Part shown: one piece after another, positions 61,190 through 64,000 of the stretch
How positions within the stretch are numbered: the stretch's first letter is position 1
Layout: each line of letters begins with the position of its first letter
Source of the DNA: Podospora anserina
Taxonomy: Eukaryota
Assembly: GCA_017654855.1 (NCBI GenBank)
Contig: JAFMPO010000001.1
Location: 62,001 to 126,000 of the forward strand
Length of the DNA: 64,000 nt
Direction of reading: 5' to 3'
Program-made: the position numbers and the translations under genes
The notes under the pieces: generated by a model
The model's input: only the letters and a program-made list of their open reading frames with translations
Databases searched by the model: none
What the model was told of the DNA's origin: nothing

Positions 61190-62247
61190 TCAACCAGACT
61201 CTGGCCCTTGACCATCCTCGTAAAACACTAACATTCTCACTTCAATACTCTCCCTCAAATGATCCTCTTCAGTGGCATCCGGGTGTGGAAATGAAGAGTG
61301 CGGTACACCTTGCCATATACTCGTCAGTGCTCTGTGTTGTCAATCATTTAGGATGCACCTACCTGATCTGCCGTTCGAGTCAGACTGCATAAACACCCAG
61401 ATCTCATTAGGCATCTGGTTCTTGACATAGCACCATCGTTGGTTAGGGGAGTGATGAACCGAGGCAGTCTCAGATGTACCATCAGGCGCTACGAGATCGC
61501 AGATCTTCAAGTCCATCTCTGGGTCAACGGATCGATTGTCGCACAGGGCAAGTGGCCAATCCCGAGTTGGGCCCCTGAGAGGCTTCCAGGCGCTATCAAA
61601 AACGTTGGTAGATATTCTCCATTAGAGATCCGCGAAAAAAAAGACGTATACATACTTGACAAACTGACAGCGCACGTTGTCCACACGTTCAAAGCTGCCC
61701 TTGTTGAGACCATGTCTGAGCCGCTCGATATCACCGGGAGTAGCGTCTACGTGACTATATCAGTTTCACACCACGGCTGGTTGGGGGAGTGGGAGGGGGA
61801 AGGGGGAGGGGACGCACCAACATGAGCAAGACAGGAAGGCTGTCTATACTCATACACCTCTCCATTGCTGATCGGGAAGTCTCGGTTCCGCTTTCGAAGC
61901 TGGTAGTCAAAGATCTGCACCCTACTGGCATTGAGCCTGTCCTTGACTTCAGCTGCCAACTGAGGAAGGAAGCACTTTATCACCTTCTCGCGATGATCAA
62001 AGTCTTCTGCAACCAATCCTGTGTCCATATCCAGGAGGAAGAATCCAGTAGTGCCGAAAGAGCACTGTTCGAGTCGAGGACGGACATCATGAATGGCGAT
62101 GTTGTCCACCTTTTCGAGCAGCATGTTGGTCTGGGGGATCTTCTTTGTAGGCTTCTGCCGTCTAAGTTCGTAGACGCGTTCAGTCTCAAATTTGGGATCC
62201 CGTTGCAGGAAATACATCCATGAGTGAATAGGATCGGTGGCAGCCAT
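61190..62247 (-). CDS. AsaB/CmcJ-like (GA-desaturase family) putative Fe/2-oxoglutarate oxygenase; 3 introns
   Basis: IHDVR..GF, IFDYQLRKR, AHV|D, N|AWKPLRGP..DWPLALCD, RWCY..Q, VPHSSF, RESIEVR, reconstructed across GT..AG introns. Confidence 0.85.
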
Positions 62248-63585
62248 GTTGTTTCGAGGGCGGTATTGTGTCAATTGAGAAAGTGAAGTGTGATGGTGCT
62301 ACTACGGGTTTGGGGAAGGTTTTGTCAAAATAAGTCCTGGCAATTTTATGGATGCAGATTGGTTTCGGGTAAGCGTGGTGGCGTTTATTGCTCTGGTACA
62401 TGAGAGAGGGGAGCTGACCTGTGCTAGTGGCCAGCTGAGTCTACATGTGATGCTACGACGCTAGTCGCTCAGTGCTTATCAAATAAGTCCCAATGCTGCT
62501 ACGTTTACTGTTTCCGGAGACTGGTAGGTTGCTGAAGAGGTGTGATAGGAAAAAATAGGCTTAAAGGTTGCTTGTTGTGGTCATGCAAAAGCCACCTCAA
62601 TGTAGCCAGTGAGCGAGTGGAGTGGTCGGATTCTTCTGTCCTGCCACTCGGGTAGCAAGAGGCCTGCTGCTCCTTTCTTCCCCCTACCCCTAAGATACTT
62701 CAGATGGGGAGACACGTAAATCGCTGGGCCCACATACTCACCCACAGGGCTCGTGTTGTTGGACTTGGAAAATTCAGCCTTTGTTACGTTCCCTCCACAC
62801 CACGCGACTTTCTCTTGGACCCGCACCACCATTGATATCAAAAAAGAAGTTATCCCAAGTGTCGTACCAAAAGGACGTCCTTGGTCATGGGGCCAAGGGA
62901 AGGGGTATATCATCACCCCAAGTAAATTGCTTTACTCCGCATGGCTTCGGGACTAATCCAGCAGATTTAATTGCATTTATCATGGAACATACTCTCATGC
63001 TTGTTCAGTGTCACAGCCTAGTTTCGTCAGCGAGATGAAGGTTCTTGAGGCTTTTGATGCAGATGAAGCAACATTGGGTAATTACCTAATTGATTGGAGC
63101 CCGTGACCATCCTCGGAGCTGTCAAAGTCGCCATTCAACGGTTCAAATTAAGACTCGTTCAAACCCTGGAAGGGGAGAGATGTTCCTGTTTTTGACAGGT
63201 AACCAGAACCCTCATTATTGGAAAGGGGCTTTCAGATGGTTGAAGAGTGTCGAAGAGTGTTGGATTGTGTTGTGGGTGTTAATGCGGTGGACCGTGGTGT
63301 GATAATGTGTTATGGATTATAGAATAGTGGAAATTGCTTGATTGTAGTCAGATAGTGTTTGAGACAACAACGTTGTTCTGCTTTAATAGTTCTTGTCATT
63401 TTGTTGTGTTTGTGTTGGTGATGAAGTGGGGCAAGAAGTGTCTGGTTTGATCAACAGCTCATTGGCCGAAGTGACCCCGCCTCCAGGTAGGCAGTCACCC
63501 TATAAAAGGGAATTTGTCCTTTCCAGGAACCAAAGATGATGCAACCATTTTCATCTCGACATCACTGCTCACCTTACTTATTATA

Positions 63586-64000
63586 ATGTTCGAACGTCTC
63601 CCGGAGGAGCTGCTCCGAGAAGTGGCCAAAGGGTTTAACATTCAAGATGTCAAAACCCTCTCGCTCGTCTCCAAGACCTTCCATGCCATATGGGGACCGA
63701 GGTTTTGGAGCACATTATGTGTTAATACTGCTGGTCCAGGAGACCGCCCATCATCTGTCAGCATCAAACGGATCGAACAATGCGCCCATGCGCTTCAGAA
63801 TGCTACCTCCTCCATACAGAATGTCGCCGACATGGTGTTTCGACGGGACACTCGATGGAAGCTATGGGGCTATGAGAAGGAAGAAGACTGGCCCAACGTC
63901 GCCTGTTTCCACCGGCAGCCACCACCGGAGGACCTTGGGGTGTGGAGAGCTCTGCAACGAGCAGCGCCAGTCGCTGGATGGTCAAAAGATGAATGGTCCT
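63586..64000 (+). CDS. F-box protein, 5' part (runs off the window)
   Basis: MFERLPEELLREVAKGFNIQDVKTLSLVSKTFH F-box pattern; frame open to the window end; tataaaa at about 63501. Confidence 0.75.
   Translation, partial: MFERLPEELLREVAKGFNIQDVKTLSLVSKTFHAIWGPRFWSTLCVNTAGPGDRPSSVSIKRIEQCAHALQNATSSIQNVADMVFRRDTRWKLWGYEKEEDWPNVACFHRQPPPEDLGVWRALQRAAPVAGWSKDEWS

Noticed and set aside
62581-63200. Possible minus-strand gene remnant
   Set aside because: Only short stop-interrupted peptide-like stretches; family not identifiable.
1-64000. Starship/Enterprise giant transposon, rRNA or tRNA genes
   Set aside because: No DUF3435 captain recombinase or element boundary, and no structural RNA sequence was recognised.

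Overview
Eukaryotic, intron-containing DNA from a filamentous ascomycete, most likely a Sordariales fungus such as Podospora (inferred from intron signals, RIP-like C-to-T damage and solo LTRs resembling the Podospora crapaud family; not verified by search). It is an accessory-type region. Intact genes include secreted and CAZyme genes (SGNH/FG-GAP esterase, two stand-alone CDH-cytochrome AA8 proteins, a CE5 esterase, a ~1,700-aa killer-toxin-type GH18 chitinase), a P450, an AsaB/CmcJ-like oxygenase, a soluble SREBP-type bHLH, a PTH11-like receptor, two RRM-like paralogs and an F-box gene. There are also several pseudogenes, five LTR relics, a truncated Fot1/pogo transposon and four MITE-like elements sharing a 21-bp internal array. 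Leading candidates for something new: (1) an otherwise intact RRM-like gene with one in-frame UAG at an expected Trp, the signature of restorative A-to-I editing; (2) a leaderless 3 x 44-aa repeat protein under strict purifying selection next to a 2OG-type oxygenase, a possible RiPP precursor; (3) a secreted, possibly ADP-ribosyltransferase-fold protein divergently paired with the killer-type chitinase; (4) two different TIR shells carrying the same phased 21-bp array; (5) a micro-protein with PKI-like PKA pseudosubstrate motifs. All family assignments come from motif recognition only.
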